A stretch of DNA of 64,000 nt, from assembly GCA_964016885.1 (NCBI GenBank), contig OZ024748.1, forward strand, positions 36,890,001-36,954,000, given 5' to 3'. A program made the translations under genes and the position numbers. Source of the DNA: Eledone cirrhosa (lineage: Eukaryota). Positions 29,501 through 43,800 of this stretch are shown in pieces (the first letter of the stretch is position 1; each line of letters opens with the position of its first letter). Below the pieces are notes generated by a model. It was given only the letters and a program-made list of their open reading frames with translations. It did no database searches and was not told the origin of the DNA.

Positions 29501-32500
29501 ACCAGGTCCTAACACAGAGGAACCAAATTCCCACTGTCACTGCCTCTGTCTCTTCCACTCTCTCATATTACACCAGGTCCCAACACAGAGGAACCAAATT
29601 CCCACTGTCACTGCCTCTGTCTCTTCCACTCTCTCATATTACACCAGGTCCTAACACAGAGGAACCAAATTCCCACTGTCACTGCCTCTGTCTCTTCCAC
29701 TCTCTCATATTACACCAGGTCCCAACACAGAGGAACCAAACTCCCACTGTGACTGCCTCTGTCTCTCCCACTCTCTCACGTTACACCAGTTCCCAACACA
29801 GAGGAACCAAACTCCCACTGTCACTGCCTCTGTCTCTCCCACTCTCTCATATTACACCAGGTCCCAACACAGAGGAACCAAACTCCCACTGTCACTGCCT
29901 CTGTCACTCCCACTCTCTCATATTACACCAGGTCCCAACACAGAGGGACCAAACTCCCACTGTCACTGCCTCTCTCTCTCCCACTCTCTCATATTAAACC
30001 AGGTCCCAACACAGAGGACCCGAACTCCCACTGTCATTGCCTCTGTCTCTCCCACTCTCTCATATTACACCAGGTCCTAACACAGAGGAACCAAACTCCC
30101 ACTGTCCCTGCCTCTGTCTCTCCCACTCTCTCATATTAGACGAGGTCCTAACACAGAGGAACCAAACTCTCACTGTGACTGCCTCTGTCTCTCCCACTCT
30201 CTCACATTACATCAGGTCCCAACACAGAGGAACCAAACTCCCACTGTCACTGCCTCTGTCTCTCCCACTCTCTCATATTAGACCAGGTCCTAACACAGAG
30301 GAACCAAACTCCCACTGTGACTGCCTCTGTCTCTCCCACTCTCTCATATTACATCAGGTCCCAACACAGAGGAACCAAACTCCCACTGTCACTGCCTCTG
30401 TCTCTCCCACTCTCTCATATTACACCAGGTCCCAACACAGAGGAACCAAACTCCCACTGTCACTGCCTCTGTCTCTCCCACTCTCTCATATTACACCAGG
30501 TCCCAACACAGAGGGACCAAACTCCCACTGTCACTGCCTCTCTCTCTCCCACTCTCTCATATTACACCAGGTCCCAACACAGAGGTACCAAACTCCCATG
30601 GTCACTGCCTCTGTCTCTCCCACTCTCTCATATTACACCAGGTCCCAACACAAAGGAACCAAACTCCCTCTGTCACTGCCTCTGTCTCTCCCACTCTCTC
30701 ATATTACACCAGGTCCTAACACAGAGGAACCAAACTCCCACTGTCACTGCCTCTGTCTCTCCCACTCTCTCATATTACACCAGGTCCTAACACAGAGGAA
30801 CCAAACCCCCACTGTCACTGCCTCTCTCTCTCCCACTCTCTCATATTACACCAGGTCCTAACACAGAGGAACCAAACACCCACTGTCACTGCCTCTCTCT
30901 CTCCCACTCTCTCATATTACACCAGGTCCTAACACAGAGGAACCAAACACCCACTGTCACTGCCTCTCTCTCTCCCACTCTCTCATATTACACCAGGTCC
31001 TAACACAGAGGAACCGAACTCCCACTGTCACTGTCTCTGTCTCTCCCACTCTCTCATATTACACCAGGTCCTAACACAGAGGAACCAAACTCCCACTGTC
31101 ACTGCCTCCGTCTCTCACACTCTCTCATACTAAACCAGGTCCAACACAGAGGAACCAAACTCCCACTGTCACTGCCTCTGTCTCTCCCACTCTCTCATAT
31201 ACACCAGGTCTGAACACAGAGGTACGAGACCCCCACTGTCACTGCCTCTGTCTCTTCCACTCTCTCATATTACACCAGGTCCTAACACAGAGGAACCGAA
31301 CTCCCACTGTCACTGCCTCCGTCTCTCACACTCTCTCATACTAAACCAGGTCCAACACAGAGGAACCAAACTCCCACTGTCACTGCCTCTGTCTCTCCCA
31401 CTCTCTCATATACACCAGGTCTGAACACAGAGGTACGAGACCCCCACTGTCACTGCCTCTGTCTCTTCCACTCTCTCATATTACACCAGGTCCTAACACA
31501 GAGGAACCAAACTCCCACTGTCACTGCCTCTGTCTCTCCCACTCTCTCATATTACACCAGGTCCCAACACAGAGGAACCAAACTCCCACTATCACTGCCT
31601 CTGTCTCTCCCACTCTCTCATATTACTCCAGGTCCCAACACAGAGGAACCAAACTCCCACTGTCACTGCCTCTGTCTCTCCCACTCTCTCATATTACACC
31701 AGGTCCCAACACAGAGGAACCAAACTCCCACTGTCACTGCCTCTGTCTCTCCCACTCTCTCATATTAGACCAGGTCCTAACACAGAGAAACCAAACTCCC
31801 ACTGTCACTGCCTCTGTCTCTCCCACTCTCTCATATTACACCAGGTCCCAACACAGAGGTACCAAACTCCCACTGTCACTGCCTCTGTCTCTCCCACTCT
31901 CTCATATTACAACAAATCCCAACACAGAGGAACCAAACTCCCACTGTCACTGCCTCTGTCTCTCCCACTCTCTCATATTAGACTAGGTCCTAACACAGAG
32001 GAACCAAACTCCCACTGTCACTGCCTCTGTCTCTCCCACTCTCTCACATTACACCAGTTCCCAACACAGAGAAACCAAACTCCCACTGTCACTGCCTCTG
32101 TCTCTCCGACACTCTCATATTACACCAGGTCCTAACACAGAGGTACCAAACTCCCACTGTCAGTGCCTCTGTCTCTCCCACTCTCTCATACTAAACCAAG
32201 TCCAACACAGAGGAACCAAACTCCCACTGTCACTGCCTCTGTCTCTCCCACTCTCTCATATACACCACGTCCGAACACAGAGGTATGAAACCCCCACTGT
32301 CACTGCCTCTGTCTCTCCCACTCTCTCATATTACACCAGGTCCTAACACAGAGGAACCAAACTCCCACTGTCACTGCCTCTGTCTCTCGCACTCTCTCAT
32401 ATTACACCAGGTCCTAACACAGAGGAACCAAACTCCCACTGTCACTGCCTCTGTCTCTCCCACTCTCTCATATTACACCAGGTCCTAACACAGAGGAACC

Positions 32501-35500
32501 AAACTCCCACTGTCACTGCCTCTGTCTCTCCCACTCTCTCATATTACACCAGGTCCCAACACAGAGGAACCAAACTCCCACTGTCACTGCCTCTGACTCT
32601 CCCACTCTCTCATATTACACCAGTTCCCAACACAGAGGAACCAAACTCCCACTGTCACTGCCTCTGTCACTCCCACTCTCTCATATTACACCAGGTCCCA
32701 ACACAGAGGGACCAAACTCCCACTGTCACTGCCTCTCTCTCTCCCACTCTCTCATATTAAACCAGGTCCCAACACAGAGGACCCGAACTCCCACTGTCAT
32801 TGCCTCTGTCTCTCCCACTCTCTCATATTACACCAGGTCCTAACACAGTGGAACCGAGCTCCCACTGTCACTGCTTCTGTCTCTCTCACTCTCTCATACT
32901 ACACCAGGTCCTAACACAGAGGAACCAAACTCCCACTGTAACTGCCTCTGTCTCTCCCACGCTCTCATATTACACCAGGTCCTAACACAGAGGAACCAAA
33001 CTCCCACTGTCACTGACTCTGTCTCTCCCACTCTATCATATTACACCAGGTCCTAACACAGAGGAACCAAACTCCCACTGTCACTGCCTCTGTCTCTCCC
33101 ACTCTCTCACATTACACCAGTTCCCAACACAGAGGAACCGAACTCCCACTGTCACTGCCTCTCTCTCTCCCACTCTCTCATATTACACCAGGTCCTAACA
33201 CAGAGGAACCAAACCCCCACTGTCACTGCCTCTCTCTCTCCCACTCTCTGACATTACACCAGTTCCCAACACAGAGGAACCAAATTCCCACTGTCACTGC
33301 CTCTGTCTCTTCCACTCTCTCATATTACACCAGGTCCCAACACAGAGGAACCAAACTCCCACTGTGACTGCCTCTGTCTCTCCCACTCTCTCACGTTACA
33401 CCAGTTCCCAACACAGAGGAACCAAACTCCCACTGTCACTGCCTCTCTCTCTACCACTCTCTCATATTACACCAGGTCCTAACACAGAGGAACCAAACCC
33501 CCACTGTCACTGCCTCTCTCTCTCCCACTCTCTCACATTACACCAGTTCCCAACACAGAGGAACCAAACTCCCACTGTCACTGCCTCTGTCTCTCCCACT
33601 CTCTCATATTACACCAGGTCCCAACACAGAGGAACCAAACTCCCACTGTCACTGCCTCTGTCACTCCCACTCTCTCATATTACACCAGGTCCCAACACAG
33701 AGGGACCAAACTCCCACTGTCACTGCCTCTCTCTCTCCCACTCTCTCATATTAAACCAGGTCCCAACACAGAGGACCCGAACTCCCACTGTCATTGCCTC
33801 TGTCTCTCCCACTCTCTCATATTACACCAGGTCCTAACACAGAGGAACCAAACTCCCACTGTCCCTGCCTCTGTCTCTCCCACTCTCTCATATTAGACGA
33901 GGTCCTAACACAGAGGAACCAAACTCTCACTGTGACTGCCTCTGTCTCTCCCACTCTCTCACATTACATCAGGTCCCAACACAGAGGAACCAAACTCCCA
34001 CTGTCACTGCCTCTGTCTCTCCCACTCTCTCATATTAGACCAGGTCCTAACACAGAGGAACCAAACTCCCACTGTGACTGCCTCTGTCTCTCCCACTCTC
34101 TCACATTACATCAGGTCCCAACACAGAGGAACCAAACTCCCACTGTCACTGCCTCTGTCTCTCCCACTCTCTCATATTACAGCAGGTCCCAACACAGAGG
34201 AACCAAACTCCCACTGTCACTGCCTCTGTCTCTCCCACTCTCTCATATTACACCAGGTCCCAACACAGAGGTACCAAACTCCCATGGTCACTACCTCTGT
34301 CTCTCCCACTCTCTCATATTACACCAGGTCCCAACACAAAGGAACCAAACTCCCTCTGTCACTGCCTCTGGCTCTCCCACTCTCTCATATTACACCAGGT
34401 CCTAACACAGAGGAACCAAACCCCCACTGTCACTGCCTCTCTCTCTCCCACTCTCTCACATTACACCAGTTCCCAACACAGAGGAACCAAACTCCCACCG
34501 TCACTCCCTCTGTCTCTCCCACTCTCTCATATTACACCATGTCCCAACACAGAGGGACCAAACTCCCACTGTGACTGCCTCTGTCTCTCCCACTCTCTCA
34601 CGTTACACCAGTTCCCAACACAGAGGAACCAAACTCCCACTGTCACTGCCTCTCTCTCTCCCACTCTCTCATATTACACCAGGTCCTAACACAGAGGAAC
34701 CAAACTCCCACTGTCACTGCCTCCGTCTCTCCCACTCTGTCATACTAAACCAGGTCCAACACAGAGGAACCAAACTCCCACTGTCACTGCCTCTGTCTCT
34801 CCCACTCTCTCATATACACCAGGTCTGAACACAGAGGTACGAGACCCCCACTGTCACTGCCTCTGTCTCTTCCACTCTCTCATATTACACCAGGTCCTAA
34901 CACAGAGGAACCAAACTCCCACTGTCACTGCCTCTGTCTCTCCCACTCTCTCATATTACACCAGGTCCCAACACAGAGGAACCAAACTCCCACTGTCACT
35001 GCCTTTGTCTCTCCCACTCTCTCATATTACTCCAGGTCCCAACACAGAGGAACCAAACTCCCACTGTCACTGCCTCTGTCTCTCCCACTCTCTCATATTA
35101 CACCAGGTCCCAACACAGAGGAACCAAACTCCCACTGTCACTGCCTCTGTCTCTCCCACTCTCTCATATTAGACCAGGTCCTAACACAGAGAAACCAAAC
35201 TCCCACTGTCACTGCCTCTGTCTCTCCCACTCTCTCATATTACACCAGGTCCCAACACAGAGGTACCAAACTCCCACTGTCACTGCCTCTGTCTCTCCCA
35301 CTCTCTCATATTACAACAAATCCCAACACAGAGGAACCAAACTCCCACTGTCACTGCCTCTGCCTCTCCCACTCTCTCATATTAGACTAGGTCCTAACAC
35401 AGAGGAACCAAACTCCCACTGTCACTGCCTCTGTCTCTCCCACTCTCTCACATTACACCAGTTCCCAACACAGAGGTACCAAACTCCCACTGTCAGTGCC

Positions 35501-38500
35501 TCTGTCTCTCCCACTCTCTCATACTAAACCAAGTCCAACACAGAGGAACCAAACTCCTACTGTCACTGCCTCTGTCTCTCCCACTCTCTCATATACACCA
35601 CGTCCGAACACAGAGGTATGAAACCCCCACTGTCACTGCCTCTGTCTCTCCCACTCTCTCATATTACACCAGGTCCTAACACAGAGGAACCAAACTCCCA
35701 CTGTCACTGCCTCTGTCTCTCCCACTCTCTCATATTACACCAGGTCCTAACACAGAGGAACCAAACTCCCACTGTCACTGCCTCTGTCTCTCCCACTCTC
35801 TCATATTACACCAGGTCCTAACACAGAGGAACCAAACTCCCACTGTCACTGCCTCTGTCTCTCCCACTCTCTCATATTACACCAGGTCCCAACACAGAGG
35901 AACCAAACTCCCACTGTCACTGCCTCTGTCTCTCCCACTCTCTCATATTACACCAGGTCCCAACACAGAGGAACCAAACTCCCACTGTCACTATCCTCTG
36001 TCTCTCCCACTCTCTCATATTACACCAGGTCCCAACACAGAGGAACCAATCTCCCACTGTCGCTGCCTCTGTCTCTCCCACTCTCTCATATTACACCAGG
36101 TCCTAACACAGAGGAACCAAACCCCCACTGTCACTGCCTCTCTCTCTCCCACCCTCTCACATTACACCAGTTCCCAACACAGAGGAACCAAACTCCCACC
36201 GTCACTCCCTCTGTCTCTCCCACTCTCTCATATTACACCATGTCCCAACACAGAGGGACCAAACTCCCACTGTGACTGCCTCTCTCTCTCCCACTCTCTG
36301 ACATTACACCAGTTCCCAACACAGAGGAACCAAATTCCCACTGTCACTGCCTCTGTCTCTTCCACTCTCTCATATTACACCAGGTCCCAACACAGAGGAA
36401 CCAAACTCCCACTGTCACTGCCTCTGTCTCTTCCACTCTCTCATATTACACCAGGTCCTAACACAGAGGAACCAAATTCCCACTGTCACTGCCTCTGTCT
36501 CTTCCACTCTCTCATATTACACCAGGTCCCAACACAGAGGAACCAAATTCCCACTGTCACTGCCTCTGTCTCTTCCACTCTCTCATATTACACCAGGTCC
36601 TAACACAGAGGAACCAATTTCCCACTGTCACTGCCTCTGTCTCTTCCACTCTCTCATATTACACCAGGTCCCAACACAGAGGAACCAAACTCCCACTGTG
36701 ACTGCCTCTGTCTCTCCCACTCTCTCACGTTACACCAGTTCCCAACACAGAGGAACCAAACTCCCACTGTCACTGCCTCTGTCTCTCCCACTCACTCATA
36801 TTACACCAGGTCCCAACACAGAGGAACCAAACTCCCACTGTCACTGCCTCTGTCACTCCCACTCTCTCATATTACACCAGGTCCCAACACAGAGGGACCA
36901 AACTCCCACTGTCACTGCCTCTCTCTCTCCCACTCTCTCATATTAAACCAGGTCCCAACACAGAGGACCCGAACTCCCACTGTCATTGCCTCTGTCTCTC
37001 CCACTCTCTCATATTACACCAGGTCCTAACACAGAGGAACCAAACTCCCACTGTCCCTGCCTCTGTCTCTCCCACTCTCTCATATTAGACGAGGTCCTAA
37101 CACAGAGGAACCAAACTCTCACTGTGACTGCCTCTGTCTCTCCCACTCTCTCACATTACATCAGGTCCCAACACAGAGGAACCAAACTCCCACTGTCACT
37201 GCCTCTGTCTCTCCCACTCTCTCATATTAGACCAGGTCCTAACACAGAGGAACCAAACTCCCACTGTGACTGCCTCTGTCTCTCCCACTCTCTCATATTA
37301 CATCAGGTCCCAACACAGAGGAACCAAACTCCCACTGTCACTGCCTCTGTCTCTCCCACTCTCTCATATTACACCAGGTCCCAACACAGAGGAACCAAAC
37401 TCCCACTGTCACTGCCTCTGTCTCTCCCACTCTCTCATATTACACCAGGTCCCAACACAGAGGGACCAAACTCCCACTGTCACTGCCTCTCTCTCTCCCA
37501 CTCTCTCATATTACACCAGGTCCCAACACAGAGGTACCAAACTCCCATGGTCACTGCCTCTGTCTCTCCCACTCTCTCATATTACACCAGGTCCCAACAC
37601 AAAGGAACCAAACTCCCTCTGTCACTGCCTCTGTCTCTCCCACTCTCTCATATTACACCAGGTCCTAACACAGAGGAACCAAACTCCCACTGTCACTGCC
37701 TCTGTCTCTCCCACTCTCTCATATTACACCAGGTCCTAACACAGAGGAACCAAACCCCCATTGTCACTGCCTCTCTCTCTCCCACTCTCTCATATTACAC
37801 CAGGTCCTAACACAGAGGAACCAAACACCCACTGTCACTGCCTCTCTCTCTCCCACTCTCTCATATTACACCAGGTCCTAACACAGAGGAACCAAACACC
37901 CACTGTCACTGCCTCTCTCTCTCCCACTCTCTCATATTACACCAGGTCCTAACACAGAGGAACCGAACTCCCACTGTCACTGTCTCTGTCTCTCCCACTC
38001 TCTCATATTACACCAGGTCCTAACACAGAGGAACCAAACTCCCACTGTCACTGCCTCCGTCTCTCACACTCTCTCATACTAAACCAGGTCCAACACAGAG
38101 GAACCAAACTCCCACTGTCACTGCCTCTGTCTCTCCCACTCTCTCATATACACCAGGTCTGAACACAGAGGTACGAGACCCCCACTGTCACTGCCTCTGT
38201 CTCTTCCACTCTCTCATATTACACCAGGTCCTAACACAGAGGAACCAAACTCCTACTGTCACTGCCTCTGTCTCTCCCACTCTCTCATATTACACCAGGT
38301 CCCAACACAGAGGAACCAAACTCCCACTGTCACTGCCTCTGTCTCTCCCACTCTCTCATATTAGACCAGGTCCTAACACAGAGGAACCAAACTCCCACTG
38401 TGACTGCCTCTGTCTCTCCCACTCTCTCACATTACATCAGGTCCCAACACAGAGGAACCAAACTCCCACTGTCACTGCCTCTGTCTCTCCCACTCTCTCA

Positions 38501-40870
38501 TATTACACCAGGTCCCAACACAGAGGAACCAAACTCCCACTGTCACTGCCTCTGTCTCTCCCACTCTCTCATATTACACCAGGTCCCAACACAGAGGTAC
38601 CAAACTCCCATGGTCACTGCCTCTGTCTCTCCCACTCTCTCATATTACACCAGGTCCCAACACAAAGGAACCAAACTCCCTCTGTCACTGCCTCTGGCTC
38701 TCCCACTCTCTCATATTACACCAGGTCCTAACACAGAGGAACCAAACCCCCACTGTCACTGCCTCTCTCTCTCCCACTCTCTCACATTACACCAGTTCCC
38801 AACACAGAGGAACCAAACTCCCACCGTCACTCCCTCTGTCTCTCCCACTCTCTCATATTACACCATGTCCCAACACAGAGGGACCAAACTCCCACTGTGA
38901 CTGCCTCTCTCTCTCCCACTCTCTGACATTACACCAGTTCCCAACACAGAGGAACCAAATTCCCACTGTCACTGCCTCTGTCTCTTCCACTCTCTCATAT
39001 TACACCAGGTCCCAACACAGAGGAACCAAACTCCCACTGTCACTGCCTCTGTCTCTTCCACTCTCTCATATTACACCAGGTCCTAACACAGAGGAACCAA
39101 ATTCCCACTGTCACTGCCTCTGTCTCTTCCACTCTCTCATATTACACCAGGTCCCAACACAGAGGAACCAAATTCCCACTGTCACTGCCTCTGTCTCTTC
39201 CACTCTCTCATATTACACCAGGTCCTAACACAGAGGAACCAAATTCCCACTGTCACTGCCTCTGTCTCTTCCACTCTCTCATATTACACCAGGTCCCAAC
39301 ACAGAGGAACCAAACTCCCACTGTGACTGCCTCTGTCTCTCCCACTCTCTCACGTTACACCAGTTCCCAACACAGAGGAACCAAACTCCCACTGTCACTG
39401 CCTCTGTCTCTCCCACTCTCTCATATTACACCAGGTCCCAACACAGAGGAACCAAACTCCCACTGTCACTGCCTCTGTCACTCCCACTCTCTCATATTAC
39501 ACCAGGTCCCAACACAGAGGGACCAAACTCCCACTGTCACTGCCTCTCTCTCTCCCACTCTCTCATATTAAACCAGGTCCCAACACAGAGGACCCGAACT
39601 CCCACTGTCATTGCCTCTGTCTCTCCCACTCTCTCATATTACACCAGGTCCTAACACAGAGGAACCAAACTCCCACTGTCCCTGCCTCTGTCTCTCCCAC
39701 TCTCTCATATTAGACGAGGTCCTAACACAGAGGAACCAAACTCTCACTGTGACTGCCTCTGTCTCTCCCACTCTCTCACATTACATCAGGTCCCAACACA
39801 GAGGAACCAAACTCCCACTGTCACTGCCTCTGTCTCTCCCACTCTCTCATATTAGACCAGGTCCTAACACAGAGGAACCAAACTCCCACTGTGACTGCCT
39901 CTGTCTCTCCCACTCTCTCATATTACATCAGGTCCCAACACAGAGGAACCAAACTCCCACTGTCACTGCCTCTGTCTCTCCCACTCTCTCATATTACACC
40001 AGGTCCCAACACAGAGGAACCAAACTCCCACTGTCACTGCCTCTGTCTCTCCCACTCTCTCATATTACACCAGGTCCCAACACAGAGGGACCAAACTCCC
40101 ACTGTCACTGCCTCTCTCTCTCCCACTCTCTCATATTACACCAGGTCCCAACACAGAGGTACCAAACTCCCATGGTCACTGCCTCTGTCTCTCCCACTCT
40201 CTCATATTACACCAGGTCCCAACACAAAGGAACCAAACTCCCTCTGTCACTGCCTCTGTCTCTCCCACTCTCTCATATTACACCAGGTCCTAACACAGAG
40301 GAACCAAACTCCCACTGTCACTGCCTCTGTCTCTCCCACTCTCTCATATTACACCAGGTCCTAACACAGAGGAACCAAACCCCCACTGTCACTGCCTCTC
40401 TCTCTCCCACTCTCTCATATTACACCAGGTCCTAACACAGAGGAACCAAACACCCACTGTCACTGCCTCTCTCTCTCCCACTCTCTCATATTACACCAGG
40501 TCCTAACACAGAGGAACCAAACACCCACTGTCACTGCCTCTCTCTCTCCCACTCTCTCATATTACACCAGGTCCTAACACAGAGGAACCGAACTCCCACT
40601 GTCACTGTCTCTGTCTCTCCCACTCTCTCATATTACACCAGGTCCTAACACAGAGGAACCAAACTCCCACTGTCACTGCCTCCGTCTCTCACACTCTCTC
40701 ATACTAAACCAGGTCCAACACAGAGGAACCAAACTCCCACTGTCACTGCCTCTGTCTCTCCCACTCTCTCATATACACCAGGTCTGAACACAGAGGTACG
40801 AGACCCCCACTGTCACTGCCTCTGTCTCTTCCACTCTCTCATATTACACCAGGTCCTAACACAGAGGAAC
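21690..40870. repeat. ~135-monomer tandem duplication (period 9574 bp x2), near-identical copies
   Basis: Nearly every ORF from 22711 to 30317 recurs 9574 bp later (32285...39891). The exception is ORF 27063, lost through a single C/T difference (~27063 vs ~36637). Confidence 0.93.
26530..31290. repeat. ~37-monomer tandem duplication (period 2625 bp), nested in the 9574-bp unit; repeated at ~36100-41530
   Basis: ORF pairs 27124/29749, 27412/30037, 27692/30317 and 36986/39611 are offset by 2625. Confidence 0.9.
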
Positions 40871-43800
40871 CAAACTCCTACTGTCATTGCCTCTGTCTCT
40901 CCCACTCTCTCATATTACACCAGGTCCCAACACAGAGGAACCAAACTCCCACTGTCACTGCCTCTGTCTCTCCCACTCTCTCATATTAGACCAGGTCCTA
41001 ACACAGAGGAACCAAACTCCCACTGTGACTGCCTCTGTCTCTCCCACTCTCTCACATTACATCAGGTCCCAACACAGAGGAACCAAACTCCCACTGTCAC
41101 TGCCTCTGTCTCTCCCACTCTCTCATATTACACCAGGTCCCAACACAGAGGAACCAAACTCCCACTGTCACTGCCTCTGTCTCTCCCACTCTCTCATATT
41201 ACACCAGGTCCCAACACAGAGGTACCAAACTCCCATGGTCACTGCCTCTGTCTCTCCCACTCTCTCATATTACACCAGGTCCCAACACAAAGGAACCAAA
41301 CTCCCTCTGTCACTGCCTCTGGCTCTCCCACTCTCTCATATTACACCAGGTCCTAACACAGAGGAACCAAACCCCCACTGTCACTGCCTCTCTCTCTCCC
41401 ACTCTCTCACATTACACCAGTTCCCAACACAGAGGAACCAAACTCCCACCGTCACTCCCTCTGTCTCTCCCACTCTCTCATATTACACCATGTCCCAACA
41501 CAGAGGGACCAAACTCCCACTGTGACTGCCTCTGTCTCTCCCACTCTCTCACGTTACACCAGTTCCCAACACAGAGGAACCAAACTCCCACTGTCACTGC
41601 CTCTCTCTCTCCCACTCTCTCATATTACACCAGGTCCTAACACAGAGGAACCAAACTCCCACTGTCACTGCCTCCGTCTCTCCCACTCTGTCATACTAAA
41701 CCAGGTCCAACACAGAGGAACCAAACTCCCACTGTCACTGCCTCTGTCTCTCCCACTCTCTCATATACACCAGGTCTGAACACAGAGGTACGAGACCCCC
41801 ACTGTCACTGCCTCTGTCTCTTCCACTCTCTCATATTACACCAGGTCCTAACACAGAGGAACCAAACTCCCACTGTCACTGCCTCTGTCTCTCCCACTCT
41901 CTCATATTACACCAGGTCCCAACACAGAGGAACCAAACTCCCACTGTCACTGCCTCTGTCTCTCCCACTCTCTCATATTACTCCAGGTCCCAACACAGAG
42001 GAACCAAACTCCCACTGTCACTGCCTCTGTCTCTCCCACTCTCTCATATTACACCAGGTCCCAACACAGAGGAACCAAACTCCCACTGTCACTGCCTCTG
42101 TCTCTCCCACTCTCTCATATTAGACCAGGTCCTAACACAGAGAAACCAAACTCCCACTGTCACTGCCTCTGTCTCTCCCACTCTCTCATATTACACCAGG
42201 TCCCAACACAGAGGTACCAAACTCCCACTGTCACTGCCTCTGTCTCTCCCACTCTCTCATATTACAACAAATCCCAACACAGAGGAACCAAACTCCCACT
42301 GTCACTGCCTCTGTCTCTCCCACTCTCTCATATTAGACTAGGTCCTAACACAGAGGAACCAAACTCCCACTGTCACTGCCTCTGTCTCTCCCACTCTCTC
42401 ACATTACACCAGTTCCCAACACAGAGGTACCAAACTCCCACTGTCAGTGCCTCTGTCTCTCCCACTCTCTCATACTAAACCAAGTCCAACACAGAGGAAC
42501 CAAACTCCTACTGTCACTGCCTCTGTCTCTCCCACTCTCTCATATACACCACGTCCGAACACAGAGGTATGAAACCCCCACTGTCACTGCCTCTGTCTCT
42601 CCCACTCTCTCATATTACACCAGGTCCTAACACAGAGGAACCAAACTCCCACTGTCACTGCCTCTGTCTCTCCCACTCTCTCATATTACACCAGGTCCTA
42701 ACACAGAGGAACCAAACTCCCACTGTCACTGCCTCTGTCTCTCCCACTCTCTCATATTACACCAGGTCCTAACACAGAGGAACCAAACTCCCACTGTCAC
42801 TGCCTCTGTCTCTCCCACTCTCTCATATTACACCAGGTCCCAACACAGAGGAACCAAACTCCCACTGTCACTGCCTCTGTCTCTCCCACTCTCTCATATT
42901 ACACCAGGTCCCAACACAGAGGAACCAAACTCCCACTGTCACTATCCTCTGTCTCTCCCACTCTCTCATATTACACCAGGTCCCAACACAGAGGAACCAA
43001 TCTCCCACTGTCGCTGCCTCTGTCTCTCCCACTCTCTCATATTACACCAGGTCCTAACACAGAGGAACCAAACCCCCACTGTCACTGCCTCTCTCTCTTC
43101 CACCCTCTCACATTACACCAGTTCCCAACACAGAGGAACCAAACTCCCACCGTCACTCCCTCTGTCTCTCCCACTCTCTCATATTACACCATGTCCCAAC
43201 ACAGAGGGACCAAACTCCCACTGTGACTGCCTCTCTCTCTCCCACTCTCTGACATTACACCAGTTCCCAACACAGAGGAACCAAATTCCCACTGTCACTG
43301 CCTCTGTCTCTTCCACTCTCTCATATTACACCAGGTCCCAACACAGAGGAACCAAACTCCCACTGTGACTGCCTCTGTCTCTACCACTCTCTCACGTTAC
43401 ACCAGGTCCTAACACAGAGGAACCAAACCCCCACTGTCACTGCCTCTATCTCTCCCACTCTCTCACATTACACCAGTTCCCAACACAGAGGAACCAAACT
43501 CCCACTGTCACTGCCTCTGTCTCTCCCACTCTCTCATATTACACCAGGTCCCAACACAGAGGAACCAAACTCCCACTGTCACTGCCTCTGTCACTCCCAC
43601 TCTCTCATATTACACCAGGTCCCAACACAGAGGGACCAAACTCCCACTGTCACTGCCTCTCTCTCTCCCACTCTCTCATATTAAACCAGGTCCCAACACA
43701 GAGGACCCGAACTCCCACTGTCATTGCCTCTGTCTCTCCCACTCTCTCATATTACACCAGGTCCTAACACAGAGGAACCAAACTCCCACTGTCCCTGCCT

